From Verrucomicrobiota bacterium (GTDB lineage Bacteria > Verrucomicrobiota > Kiritimatiellia > SS1-B-03-39 > UBA6053): DNA of 64,000 bases. The stretch lies in assembly GCA_020831625.1 (NCBI GenBank), contig JAFIGD010000001.1:139296-203295 (forward strand), given 5' to 3'. Both the position numbers and the translations under genes were made by a program. This document shows, one piece after another, positions 18,516-28,481 of this stretch. The first letter of the stretch is position 1; each line of letters starts with the position of its first letter. The notes beneath the pieces are model-generated. The model made no database searches. It was not told the DNA's origin and saw nothing but the letters and a program-made list of their open reading frames with translations.

Positions 18516-20734
18516 CAGATCAACCCCATTCTACGGCGAAGGCCCCATTCCAACAACGGAAAAAGCATCATGATGAACAGAATGCCGCCCCGGGCCCAGC
18601 GGGGATGCCAGACGGCCTCGCCGGTGGGGGTGAGGACATCGGTGGTTTCAAGGGTAAAGGCCCGTGCGGGATCTTCATCCTCCAGCCAGAGGCCGCCGCT
18701 GCGCTCCACGAACGTTCGGAGGGGTTCATCCTGAGGATCAAGTTGATCGAGTTCCCCCGGAGGAGGTGGCACCCGCAGCGGACGCGGACTGTCGGAGGCC
18801 TCCTCATCGCCCTCCTCGATCACCGTCAGCCAATACAGCCCCGGCGCGTCGGGTGTCCACTGACCGGTCAGCGCCCCCCCGCGTCCCGAAGGATAAAGAA
18901 CCGCCTCCCGGCTGCCTCCCGCCTCATCCCGAATGATCACCCTGGGCGGGCGGGTGGCCGGCTCATCGCGCGGAAGGCGGCGCTCGGCGTGCAGGCGGAT
19001 TTCCGTCCCGGCGGTCAACGCATCGGCTTCCCAGTCCAGACTCCAGGTGCGGCCGGGCTGAAAGCGCGCCGCCTGAGTGGTCCACAGCAGCACCTGCGTC
19101 CAAAAATCACCATACCACCGGTCTTCCGCCAGGGCGTCCGCCTGAAAATCCCAGTGCCACATTCCCTCCCCGTTGAGCAGGAGCAATTGACCGTTGCCGT
19201 AGGGCCGGCGGATCATGACCGGCCAGGCGCTGTCCTCGCCCGGCTCCGCCGCCTCCAGCAGCACCGCGGCCATTCCGTCGGTGAGCCGGAGATTCCGCAA
19301 CCCGCGCAGGGGCGGCAGCTGCTGCCAAACCTCCGAATCCATCCCCGGCAGCAGGTCGCCGAACAGGCCCGCGTTCGCGCCGGAGCGCGTGGGACGGGCC
19401 AGCCGAAGATCGGAGCGGTCCTCGCGCCACTCCACCGGCAGCAGCGATTCGAGCGCGGGACGCGAAACCGTGACCGGACGTCCCCGGGTGAAAATCACCG
19501 CCCCGCCGTGATCGCGGACAAAGCGGTGGAGCGCGGCGGTGCTTTCATGCGTGAACAGATAATCCATTCCGCGTCCCAGCAGAATCAAATCAAATTCGCG
19601 GAAGTCCAACGCCTCTCCGGGCAGACGGGCACTGTCCTCCGAGCGGGGGGCGGGGCTGTCCGGCTCCACCCGGAAAAACCGGTTGTCCGCCAGGCGGTGA
19701 AGGGTCGTGAGCCGGACCCCCTGGCGGCCGCGGAACCATTGCGCCAGGAATTTGCTGTCCCAGTGGGGAATCCCCTCCAGCAGGAGCACGTTCAGGTTAA
19801 TCTCCACGGCGTGAACCCGGAGGTCGCGGACATTGTTATCGACACGGGCTTCCGAAGGATCGGCCTCCAGCTCCAGCCGGAAGCTGTGCAGACCCTCCTC
19901 CAATTCCGGGGTGTGGAGCGTAAAGGGCGTGTCGCTGTTTTCGGGCAGGTCCAGCCGGGTTTCCGCCACCGCGCGGCCGCTCTCATCCCGGAGCACCAGC
20001 CGCTTGCGGAGCGGCGGAAGATGGCGCGATCTCACCGTGCCGCGCACGGCGCGTTCGGAACCGGCGGTCACGGTCAGCAGATCCTGATGCGGCCGCAGAT
20101 CAAGGTCCGGGCGTTCCACCGGAGACCCGATGCGCACGGCGGAGACGGGGATACGGTTGGCGCGGGCGCGCAGCGCCAGGGCCTCGAGTTCGCCTCCGGG
20201 TTCGCGGTCAACCGGCGTCGTGGGAATACCGTCCGTCAGAATCAACAGCCCTCTGGCGGGATGCGGATGACTTTGCGCCCGGTCCAGCGCGCCGCGAACC
20301 GCCCGGACAAAATCGGTGCCGGTTCCGTCGGGAGAAAGGCTGTCGAGATCCGCGGCAGACTGTTCCGGCTCCAGCGCGTCGGCGAACGGCAGAACCCGGA
20401 CCCGGGCGCGCGGCTCATCCGGCAGGGCGGCGATCAGACGTTTGGCCGTTTCAAACCGGGTGCTTTCATCGGACCGCCCGGCCACATCCATGGAGCCGCT
20501 GCGGTCCAGAAGCACCCATGCGTTACCGGACAGATCGGCGTCCAGCGCGCGGAACTCACCGGGATTGAACAGCAACACCCCCATGCAAAGCAGCGTGCAG
20601 AGGCGAAGCAACGGCGAAAGAGACCGCCAGGGGGCGGGCAGCGCGCCGGAGGTCTTTTTGGCGGTGAGCAAAACCCCGGCGGCAAGGGCCACCATCAGCG
20701 GTATCAGCGTTTCAAGAGGCAGAAGCGGATTCAT
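18515..20734 (-). CDS. BatA-like membrane-anchored von Willebrand factor A (vWA) domain protein (second copy)
   Basis: 739 aa. The N-terminus reads MNPLLPLETLIPLMVALAAGVLLT (BatA_N-like). The vWA/MIDAS motif is VLLDRSGSM. Its start overlaps the upstream stop. Confidence 0.7.
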   Translation of the reverse strand: MNPLLPLETLIPLMVALAAGVLLTAKKTSGALPAPWRSLSPLLRLCTLLCMGVLLFNPGEFRALDADLSGNAWVLLDRSGSMDVAGRSDESTRFETAKRLIAALPDEPRARVRVLPFADALEPEQSAADLDSLSPDGTGTDFVRAVRGALDRAQSHPHPARGLLILTDGIPTTPVDREPGGELEALALRARANRIPVSAVRIGSPVERPDLDLRPHQDLLTVTAGSERAVRGTVRSRHLPPLRKRLVLRDESGRAVAETRLDLPENSDTPFTLHTPELEEGLHSFRLELEADPSEARVDNNVRDLRVHAVEINLNVLLLEGIPHWDSKFLAQWFRGRQGVRLTTLHRLADNRFFRVEPDSPAPRSEDSARLPGEALDFREFDLILLGRGMDYLFTHESTAALHRFVRDHGGAVIFTRGRPVTVSRPALESLLPVEWREDRSDLRLARPTRSGANAGLFGDLLPGMDSEVWQQLPPLRGLRNLRLTDGMAAVLLEAAEPGEDSAWPVMIRRPYGNGQLLLLNGEGMWHWDFQADALAEDRWYGDFWTQVLLWTTQAARFQPGRTWSLDWEADALTAGTEIRLHAERRLPRDEPATRPPRVIIRDEAGGSREAVLYPSGRGGALTGQWTPDAPGLYWLTVIEEGDEEASDSPRPLRVPPPPGELDQLDPQDEPLRTFVERSGGLWLEDEDPARAFTLETTDVLTPTGEAVWHPRWARGGILFIMMLFPLLEWGLRRRMGLI

Positions 20735-22722
20735 GTCCGCACCGCCCGGGAAGATGCGCTTCGGATCGTCGCGATCTGTTCAAACAGGGCGAACAGAAAC
20801 GCCAGCGCCGCCAGCAACGGCCAGAGCGGACGTCCCTCGCGGAGCGTGTTCAGGTCCGTCGCGCGGGAGAGCAGAGACAGCCCGCCGCCTTCCAGTTCCT
20901 CCGGGCCGCGGGTGGTCAGGTCGGATTCCGCGGCGGGGAGATTCACCGCGCGGACCTGCAGGGTTCCGCCGCTGTCCGCGTTGCGGTAGCGGTAAAATCC
21001 GGGCGGAAGCGGCCCGGCGGCGCGGACCGTGTTTTCATCCACCCGCAGGGGAAGGGTCTCCCCCTGTGGGTCGACAAGTTCGGGCCGGGCCGCGGGCAGT
21101 TGCCCCCGGGGCGTGAGCAGCACATCTCCGGAATCCGCCGGCGCCGGCACCCGGGAGGGACGCGCCCGAAACAGCCACTCCCCGAACAGGGAAACCCATT
21201 CAACCTGCGCCGACAGCGTGCTGTCTTCCGGACTCAGGGACGCCGCCCATAAAAAGACCGAGGGCCGTTCCCGATGCCGCAGCCAGACCGGCTCTCCGCT
21301 CTCCAGCAGCAGCAGAGGCTCGTGCGCATCGGGTTCGGGCGACAGGGCTGCGAACCGCGACACCAACCCCCGCGCCGGGGACCCGTACCGTCCGTCTGCA
21401 AACAGGCTCAGGAGATCGGGCCAGGGCTCGGGCACCCGCAGGGACCGGGCGGGCTCAAGCCGGGCGGACGCGCCGGGAGAGGCGCGCAGCCCCAGCCACG
21501 CATTCGCGGCGGCGGTGGCATTGCCCGGACGGACCATCAGCAATCCGCCCCGCTCCACAAAAGCAGTGACCAACTCAAGCCCGGCACCGTCCCAGCCGCT
21601 GATCAGCAGCACATCGTGGGTGTCGGCAAGATCCTGCAGACGGGTCAGATGGGTTCCCGTCACCCCCGGCAGCGCATCCAGTCCGCGCAGCCAGACACGG
21701 GCGGTGTCATCACTGCCATACACCGCCGCGCGCAGCGACGCCTGAAGACTCACCGTCCCGCGCCGGATATTGTCGGCCGGAAACGCGTCCGCCTCCAGTT
21801 CCGCCGCCACCGGAAAGGTGCCGGAATCCTCAATCTCCATCGGCACCGTGATCAACGCACTGCCGCCGGCAGGCAGATCCGCGGACCGCTGTTCCCGCCG
21901 CTCGCCCACACGCACCACCAGCGAGCGGCGCACCGGCGCGGCGGAAAAATTCCGCACATCCACCTCCACTGTGAACGGCTGCCCCGCCACCGGCGCGGGC
22001 GGGTACACCCGCAGGCCGGTGACCGCCTGATTGGGCACGCTTTCGGTCGCGACCGGCAACAGACGCACAGTGACCCCTTCGGGCACCTGGAAATCGGCCG
22101 GGTCCCATCCGCCCGGCTGAAAATCCGAGAGAATCACAATTTCGCGGGGACCCGGAAGATCACGTAACTGACTGACCGCCAGCAGATACGCCTCGTGCAG
22201 CGATCCGCCCTCCAGAGTGGCGGGCAGGCGGCGGATTTCATCGATCAAATGGCTCTTGTTCACCCCGGGTTCGGCGTAAAGACTTTCAGGGAGTGCACGC
22301 GCGCGGATCACATTTGCGCGGTCGCGGGCGGAAAGGTGCCGGAGGATATCCGCGGCCTCGGCGCCGGCGCGGGCGTATCGGGATTGCGCCCCTTCCCCCG
22401 CGCGCATGCTCGCGGTGGCGTCCAGGACTACCACCACATTCCGCCCATGTTCCTCCAACCCCGCCAGCGGCCGCTCCGTGAAATACCGGGGCTGCAAAAA
22501 AACGCCAACCATGCAGGCGACCCAGAGAGTGCGGAGAATCAACAAGAGCCAGTGATGCGGACGCTTGATCCGGGCATTGTTCCGGTGCGCCCGCTCCAGA
22601 AGCATCAGCGAGGGGTACGCCAGCAGCCGCGGACGCGGGCGGGCCATCAAATGCAGCAGCAGCGGCCCCGCCACGAGGGGAACCAACGGAAGCAGTCCGG
22701 GATTGTCGAGACCAATGCTCAC
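20731..22722 (-). CDS. BatA-like aerotolerance-type vWA domain membrane protein
   Basis: 663 aa. A GTG start at 22722 overlaps the DUF58 stop. The N-terminus reads LDNPGLLPLVPLVAGPLLLHL (BatA_N). The vWA motif is VVVLDATASM. Confidence 0.7.
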   Translation of the reverse strand: MSIGLDNPGLLPLVPLVAGPLLLHLMARPRPRLLAYPSLMLLERAHRNNARIKRPHHWLLLILRTLWVACMVGVFLQPRYFTERPLAGLEEHGRNVVVVLDATASMRAGEGAQSRYARAGAEAADILRHLSARDRANVIRARALPESLYAEPGVNKSHLIDEIRRLPATLEGGSLHEAYLLAVSQLRDLPGPREIVILSDFQPGGWDPADFQVPEGVTVRLLPVATESVPNQAVTGLRVYPPAPVAGQPFTVEVDVRNFSAAPVRRSLVVRVGERREQRSADLPAGGSALITVPMEIEDSGTFPVAAELEADAFPADNIRRGTVSLQASLRAAVYGSDDTARVWLRGLDALPGVTGTHLTRLQDLADTHDVLLISGWDGAGLELVTAFVERGGLLMVRPGNATAAANAWLGLRASPGASARLEPARSLRVPEPWPDLLSLFADGRYGSPARGLVSRFAALSPEPDAHEPLLLLESGEPVWLRHRERPSVFLWAASLSPEDSTLSAQVEWVSLFGEWLFRARPSRVPAPADSGDVLLTPRGQLPAARPELVDPQGETLPLRVDENTVRAAGPLPPGFYRYRNADSGGTLQVRAVNLPAAESDLTTRGPEELEGGGLSLLSRATDLNTLREGRPLWPLLAALAFLFALFEQIATIRSASSRAVRT

Positions 22723-23588
22723 GGAGTCAGCCCCTCCAGACAGCGCAGCACGGGTTGATCGGTGCCGACGACCCGATAGGCGATTCCCCGCCGCATGGCC
22801 AGTTCCCGGAAGGCGCGGTGATGGTCGTCCAGCACCTTCCGGTAGGCGGCGCGCAACTCCCGGGGATCGGCGTTAAGTTTTTCAGAGGTCTCCAAATCCC
22901 GGAAGGCGATCAGCTCGCCCTCGGGCAGGTCCCGCTCCCGGGGATCCAGCACATGCACCAGGTGAAGATCAACCCCCTGATGCACAAAGGGATTCAACGC
23001 CGTGAAACACTCCGCGGGATCGCAGTAGAAATCGGAAAACACCACCAGCGTGCACCGGCGGTTCAGCAGCGTGTTCAAATGACGGAGATCAGCAGGCAGA
23101 TCCGTCACGCCCGCGGCCCCGCTCTGATCCAGGGTGTGCAGGAGATGATTCACATGCCGCGCGCTGCCGCCGGGCGGATGCCACTCCTGTTTTCCGTCCC
23201 GCGCAAGTAAAAGCCCCACCTGATCCTGACTGTGATGCACCACATGCGCCAGACAGGCGGCGGCCTGGGAGGCGAAACGGTGTTTGGCGGGCGATTCGCC
23301 GAAGGCCATGGACGCGCTCGCATCCAGCAGGATCACGCAGCCGGTCTGGGATTCCTGCTCATAGGTGCGCAAGACATGCCGGTCACTCCGCGCAAACACC
23401 CGCCAGTCCACCCGGCCGGGATCGTCACCGGGCGCATACGCGCGGTAATCCCGGAACTCCGTGGAGGAGCCTCGCGCCGGGGACATGTGGCGGCCGGCGT
23501 GACGGCCCTCCACCCGGGTCCGGGGAGCGAAGCGCACCTTCTCCAGCTCGCGCAGCAGCGCCGGGGTGAGTAAACGGGAGGCGGACAT
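22719..23588 (-). CDS. DUF58 protein (MoxR partner with a vWA-like fold)
   Basis: 289 aa reading GSSTEFRDYRAYAPGDDPGRVDWRVFARSDRHVLRTYEQE...VILLDASASM, the DUF58 hallmark. It lies directly downstream of MoxR. Confidence 0.8.
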   Translation of the reverse strand: MSASRLLTPALLRELEKVRFAPRTRVEGRHAGRHMSPARGSSTEFRDYRAYAPGDDPGRVDWRVFARSDRHVLRTYEQESQTGCVILLDASASMAFGESPAKHRFASQAAACLAHVVHHSQDQVGLLLARDGKQEWHPPGGSARHVNHLLHTLDQSGAAGVTDLPADLRHLNTLLNRRCTLVVFSDFYCDPAECFTALNPFVHQGVDLHLVHVLDPRERDLPEGELIAFRDLETSEKLNADPRELRAAYRKVLDDHHRAFRELAMRRGIAYRVVGTDQPVLRCLEGLTP

Positions 23589-23602
23589 GGATACGGACCG
23601 GT

Positions 23603-24604
23603 TTAATCCAGACGTTTAAGCAGCGTGGCGATGATTTCCTCGACGCTGACCCCTTCGCCCACCGCATTGTAGTTGGGCACCACGCGGTGACGCAGCACCG
23701 GAGCCGCGACCGCATGCAGCTCTTCAGCGGTGGCGGCGGCTTTGCCCCGGATGAGCGCCAGCGCCCGCGCCGCGCGCGCCAGATTCTGCGAGGCACGCGG
23801 TCCGGCGCCCCAGGCGACATAGTGCTTCACATACTCGTCGGCGGTTTCCGAGCCCGGCCGGGTGGCATGCACCAGATTGATGATCATGTCCAGCACCGGA
23901 TCCGGCAGCGGGGCCCGCGTGGCCGCCGCCTGAAGCGTCTCCAGTTCGCCCTCCTTCAACAGACTCCTCGCCTCCGGCTGGTGCTCGCCAATCGTCGCCT
24001 GAACAATCCGTTTTTCCTCTTCACGGGTCGGATAGCCCACATTCAGGCTGTACAGAAAACGGTCCAACTGCGCTTCCGGAAGCGGATAGGTCCCCTCCTG
24101 CTCAATCGGATTCTGCGTGGCGAACACAATAAACGGAGACGGAAGGCTGAGTGTCTTTCCGGCCACGGTCACCTGCTTTTCCTGCATGGCCTCCAACAGG
24201 GCGGACTGCGTTTTCGGCGGTGTGCGGTTGATCTCGTCCGCCAAAATCAGATTGGCGAACACCGGACCGTGTACAAACTCGAATTCCCGCCGCATCCCGT
24301 CGGCGTGGGTTTGCAGGATCTCACTGCCCAGAATATCCGTGGGCATCAGGTCGGGCGTGAACTGAATCCGGTGAAAACTCAGACCCAACACCTGACCCAG
24401 CGTGTTGATCAAAAGAGTTTTCGCCAGACCGGGCACCCCGATCAACAGGGCGTGCCCCTTGCAGAGCAGACAGGTCAGCAGTTCCTCCACCACATCATCC
24501 TGACCGATGATGACCCGGCCGATTTCCAAGCGGATATTTTGCAGGGTGGCGCGGACATCATCCCAGTCCGGGGTGACGGGGTTTGCGGGGTCGGATGTGC
24601 TCAT
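23603..24604 (-). CDS. MoxR-family AAA+ ATPase
   Basis: 333 aa. Walker A reads LLIGVPGLAKT, Walker B reads LILADEINR, and sensor 1 reads ATQNPIEQEGTYPLPEAQLDRF. Its ATG overlaps the upstream stop (ATGA at 24601-24604). Confidence 0.9.
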   Translation of the reverse strand: MSTSDPANPVTPDWDDVRATLQNIRLEIGRVIIGQDDVVEELLTCLLCKGHALLIGVPGLAKTLLINTLGQVLGLSFHRIQFTPDLMPTDILGSEILQTHADGMRREFEFVHGPVFANLILADEINRTPPKTQSALLEAMQEKQVTVAGKTLSLPSPFIVFATQNPIEQEGTYPLPEAQLDRFLYSLNVGYPTREEEKRIVQATIGEHQPEARSLLKEGELETLQAAATRAPLPDPVLDMIINLVHATRPGSETADEYVKHYVAWGAGPRASQNLARAARALALIRGKAAATAEELHAVAAPVLRHRVVPNYNAVGEGVSVEEIIATLLKRLD

Positions 24605-27480
24605 GGTTCGGGGGTTTCCTCGGGTTCGGGGCCTTTGAATTGGATCATAAATATGGTTTGCGCGCCATAGGGAATGTCGGCGGGCGTCAGCCAGGCATCC
24701 ACCGTTTTGTGGAAATCCTCACCGCCGTACATGCCCATCATCATCATTTCTTCGGTCATTTCGTCTTCCGACAGCTTCGTCAGCCGGACCTCATCCTCCA
24801 GGCCGAAGGACCGCATCCCGTAAAAATTCGGACCGTGCAACATCACATGCACACCGTCTGTCGTTTGCCCGCGCATCATCCGGTCAGTACTGAACAGGAT
24901 CGAGACCCCGGGTTTAATGCCGGTTTCCCGGATATACATCATGCCGGATTCCCCCTGACGGGCGGCGTCCTGCACCTGTTGCAAAAGCGCAAGCAAGTGA
25001 TCCTTCGTCAACGCCCCGCCCACCGCCGGCAGGTCCTCCAGCCATTCAGGCAGATCGTCCGCCAAATGAATCACCTTCCGGCGGGGACCGGTCATCGCGG
25101 ACCAGAGATCTTTGTTGTTTTGAATCGAAGGACGGTCCAGTTGTTCCAGAATCCAGAGCGCTTCATTCATATCCGCAGAGTTCAGCAGGTTCAACAGGGC
25201 CTCAACATCCGACCCGCGGAGAACGGCGCTCATTTCTTCGGCCCGTTCCTCAGACACATTGCCGCTGTCGGGCAGCACCGCGGACCAGTCCACCTCCCCG
25301 CCCTCAAGAACCGTGCGGGCGGCGGGCAAGAGCAGCTCAGCCACACCCGCGCCATCCCCGGGACCGGCGGAGGCCATCGCCTGATGGATACCGACAAGCT
25401 TGTCCATGTCATCCAGCTGCAGCATCAGGATGCCGAAGGCGGCCGCGGAAAGGATCGCGGGGTCGTCTCCCTCCAACAGGGGCAGCCAGAGTTCGGGAAT
25501 CAAATGAATTTCGGTTTCGCCACCCTCCGCTCCTTCGGTGCCGACAACATCCGGCTCCTCCGTGTCGGCAACGTCCGGACCGTCTCCCTCCGGATCGAGA
25601 TAGTACAAAAGCATATCCGATGAATCACTGTGCATGCCGAAGTCCGATTCATCCATTCCCGACATTTGCAGCAGCCCCAGGGTCAACTGAATCAACTGCA
25701 CTTTCTGACCGGACTCTTCGGCGGCGTCCAGCCGGGCAAGCAGCACCCGCTGCACGGCTTCCGTGTCGCGCGTAAGCGCCCGGAGCTGTAGAAAGTCGTT
25801 GGGCCGCGGGCTTTCCCCCTTCAGAACAAGATCCGCCAACCCGTCCAAGGTCAACCCGGCCGGAACGGCGTCTTCACCGTCGGCGGCCTCCGCCGCCTCC
25901 GGCGGCTGCAGACTCGCCAGCAATTGTTCGATCATCTCTTTCTCCCAAGAATCCTCCTCCTCGAGCTTCTCCCCGAAACGCTCCGAAATAATATCCGCGA
26001 CTTCACGCCGGAAGGCGGCCCCCTCCTCCCCTTCAAACAGAGGGGTCCAGGAGGCCACGTCCCCCAATTCATACAAATGCGCCGTCTGAACCCGGGCGGA
26101 AACCTTTTCCCGGATCTCACCGATGATCTCCGAGTCCCCCGAGGCCAGCAACGTGAACACCACATCCGGCCCCAATTCATCGAACGACTCACCCCGCTCA
26201 TACAGAAACTTGGCGATCTCCAAACGGGTTTTTCCCCGGAACGCCGCGTGAACCTCCTCCGCGGCCGCCGTCAATTCCCCTCCGGAAAGCGTGTCCAGCT
26301 CATCCGGATGCACCGCGCGAAGCCATTGTTCGGCAAGTTCGGACAATTGAACCGGCCGGGGAAAGGACCGCCGCAACTCCCTTAACTCCCAGTCCTCCCG
26401 ACCCCCGGAGAAAGGATTGTGACGGTTCCCGCTCACCTCCTGCGCGGAGAGCGGAAGCACACGGACATCCTCAACCAGGGCGATAAACACCGGAATCGCG
26501 TCCGCGCCCAGATCCCAAAGCGTCTCAAAAAAAGCGCGGGTCTCATCATTCAGAAACCCGTGATCCCGGGCTTCGCGGATCATCAGCCGCTTCGGACGCA
26601 ACAGCCAGTTCTCTTCCCCCGAAAGCATCGAATAAAACGCGGGGTCCCGGTCCGAGACAAACAATTCATACAATTCACGCTGCGCGTCGCTGAACGCCGC
26701 GGGAAGTTCAGGAGCCGGATCCCCCAGGGCCGTGCGCCAGGTTTCCAACACCTCATCGGCGATTGCGGCGGAAAGCCAGGTGGCGCGGTGCTGCGTCAAC
26801 ATGGCGTCCAGCGCCTCAGCCAGCGCCTCCAGTTCCCCGTCCAGCAGATAGTCCTGAAACCGGTCATGATAATTCAAATCGTGCAGCGCGCTCAGTCCCG
26901 CCACCAGCGTTTCCCGCCGTCCGGCGGTTTCAAACAGAAACGCGGCCAATTGATTCGCGATATCCGGGTGGCCGACTTGATGCAGGCGCACCGCCATGAT
27001 CATATAATTCCCGAGTTCCCGCGGACCGATCCGCAAGGTCCGGCCCTGCTCGCGGTTCCGGTTCCACTGATCAAACTGCCGCCGCAGATCACGCATCAGA
27101 TCTGCGGACATCACGGTGACCGCGTCTTCAGCCGGGGAACTCCGCATCCGCATCCCGCTCGAAGCCCGAACCGGACCGTCCCACATCCGGTTTCCCCGAA
27201 GAAGCTTGATCTCCCCGTCCTCCTCCCAGAACCAGCCCGCATACGACTGACCGCCGGAATACGAAATGCTGTGCATTCTCGACGAACGCTCCGCACTGAA
27301 GATGTGCCGGGCCGGTTGAGCGCCTTCCGGAACCGGCAGCAGCCCCGCACGCTCAAACACCGCGAACCCCGCCGAATTATCCGGCGCATTCACAATTAAA
27401 ACCGGAAAATCCTCCGCATACAGCAAAGACATAAAGGGGAAAAGAAAGGCGGAACAGCGGGTAAACAGTTTGGCGCTCAT
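24601..27480 (-). CDS. Large secreted protein of unknown function; first gene of the MoxR/vWA operon
   Basis: 959 aa with an ATG at 27480 and a signal peptide (MSAKLFTRCSAFLFPFMSLLYA). It is acidic and helix-rich. No family was recognised. Confidence 0.55.
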   Translation of the reverse strand: MSAKLFTRCSAFLFPFMSLLYAEDFPVLIVNAPDNSAGFAVFERAGLLPVPEGAQPARHIFSAERSSRMHSISYSGGQSYAGWFWEEDGEIKLLRGNRMWDGPVRASSGMRMRSSPAEDAVTVMSADLMRDLRRQFDQWNRNREQGRTLRIGPRELGNYMIMAVRLHQVGHPDIANQLAAFLFETAGRRETLVAGLSALHDLNYHDRFQDYLLDGELEALAEALDAMLTQHRATWLSAAIADEVLETWRTALGDPAPELPAAFSDAQRELYELFVSDRDPAFYSMLSGEENWLLRPKRLMIREARDHGFLNDETRAFFETLWDLGADAIPVFIALVEDVRVLPLSAQEVSGNRHNPFSGGREDWELRELRRSFPRPVQLSELAEQWLRAVHPDELDTLSGGELTAAAEEVHAAFRGKTRLEIAKFLYERGESFDELGPDVVFTLLASGDSEIIGEIREKVSARVQTAHLYELGDVASWTPLFEGEEGAAFRREVADIISERFGEKLEEEDSWEKEMIEQLLASLQPPEAAEAADGEDAVPAGLTLDGLADLVLKGESPRPNDFLQLRALTRDTEAVQRVLLARLDAAEESGQKVQLIQLTLGLLQMSGMDESDFGMHSDSSDMLLYYLDPEGDGPDVADTEEPDVVGTEGAEGGETEIHLIPELWLPLLEGDDPAILSAAAFGILMLQLDDMDKLVGIHQAMASAGPGDGAGVAELLLPAARTVLEGGEVDWSAVLPDSGNVSEERAEEMSAVLRGSDVEALLNLLNSADMNEALWILEQLDRPSIQNNKDLWSAMTGPRRKVIHLADDLPEWLEDLPAVGGALTKDHLLALLQQVQDAARQGESGMMYIRETGIKPGVSILFSTDRMMRGQTTDGVHVMLHGPNFYGMRSFGLEDEVRLTKLSEDEMTEEMMMMGMYGGEDFHKTVDAWLTPADIPYGAQTIFMIQFKGPEPEETPEP

Positions 27481-27569
27481 AGATCTCCAATGAAATACAA
27501 CGTTAAAAAGGCATAAACAAATGACACTTTTTAAGCAGGGAGATCAAGAGAGAATTTAAAAAAAGTGGC

Positions 27570-28472
27570 TCAGCCGTGCTGATACAAGCCACAACCCATC
27601 TCACCCCGGTACCGCGCCAGCACCTCGGCATTGGCCTCGATCCGGCAGTCGCCCCAGTCATGCCACATCGGATAGGCCGCCCAGTTCCAGTTGATGTAAC
27701 AAAACGCTTTGATGCCGGGCTGACTTCGGATCAACCCGAAATACGGCGCATACCACGCCGCCCAGCTTTCCGCTCCGTCATGCACCCCGACCCGGCGCGA
27801 GGTCGACTCGCCGATCATCACCGGTTTGCCGTGCGCTTCCGCCGCCTTCAACAGCGCCAGCGTTCCAGGCGCGGACATATGCTCCGCGTCAAACACATCG
27901 ATCCCCCACCAGTCCACGTAGTCATCCCCCGGATAATAGGTTGGAAATTCCTTATCCACCCCGTCCTCCGCATAACACCACACCGTGGCCACGTTCCGCA
28001 GGTCCGCCGCCCGCATCGCGTCCACAATCCGCCGCCATGCGGCCACAAACGTCTCCGGCTCATACCCGTTCCACTGTCCGTTGAACTCGTATCCGATCCG
28101 CAAAAACACCGGCCGGCCGTACGTCCGCAGCCGCTCAATCAGATTCGCGACCGCCTCATCATGCAGCCCCGCCGCCACCTCCTGCTCATAATGCTGCTCC
28201 GGACTCCCGTCCTTGGTCATGCTCAGCCCGATCTGCGGAATCATCACCGCATCCGGATACGCCTCATGATACCCGTCCAGCGCGGCCATCCGTCCCCCCG
28301 GCATATTCCGCAACCCGCAATAATGCATAAACAGCGCCGGATGCGAATTCCCGCCCAGCGCGTTCACATAGTGTTCAAAGGCCTCCGTCGACTGACCGGC
28401 GCCGTGCAGCACCCGGTCTTCCGGTTCCAAATACGCGCCATAATTTTTTCGGGGCAAATACGTGTTGTCCAT
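27570..28472 (-). CDS. Clan GH-A glycoside hydrolase, GH26-like (mannanase-type fold)
   Basis: 300 aa. It reads FLRIGYEFNGQWNGYEP (compare the GH26 motif R.GHEMNG.W) and KPVMIGESTS (candidate nucleophile Glu). The family call is tentative. Confidence 0.5.
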   Translation of the reverse strand: MDNTYLPRKNYGAYLEPEDRVLHGAGQSTEAFEHYVNALGGNSHPALFMHYCGLRNMPGGRMAALDGYHEAYPDAVMIPQIGLSMTKDGSPEQHYEQEVAAGLHDEAVANLIERLRTYGRPVFLRIGYEFNGQWNGYEPETFVAAWRRIVDAMRAADLRNVATVWCYAEDGVDKEFPTYYPGDDYVDWWGIDVFDAEHMSAPGTLALLKAAEAHGKPVMIGESTSRRVGVHDGAESWAAWYAPYFGLIRSQPGIKAFCYINWNWAAYPMWHDWGDCRIEANAEVLARYRGEMGCGLYQHG

Positions 28473-28481
28473 CGTTTCTCC

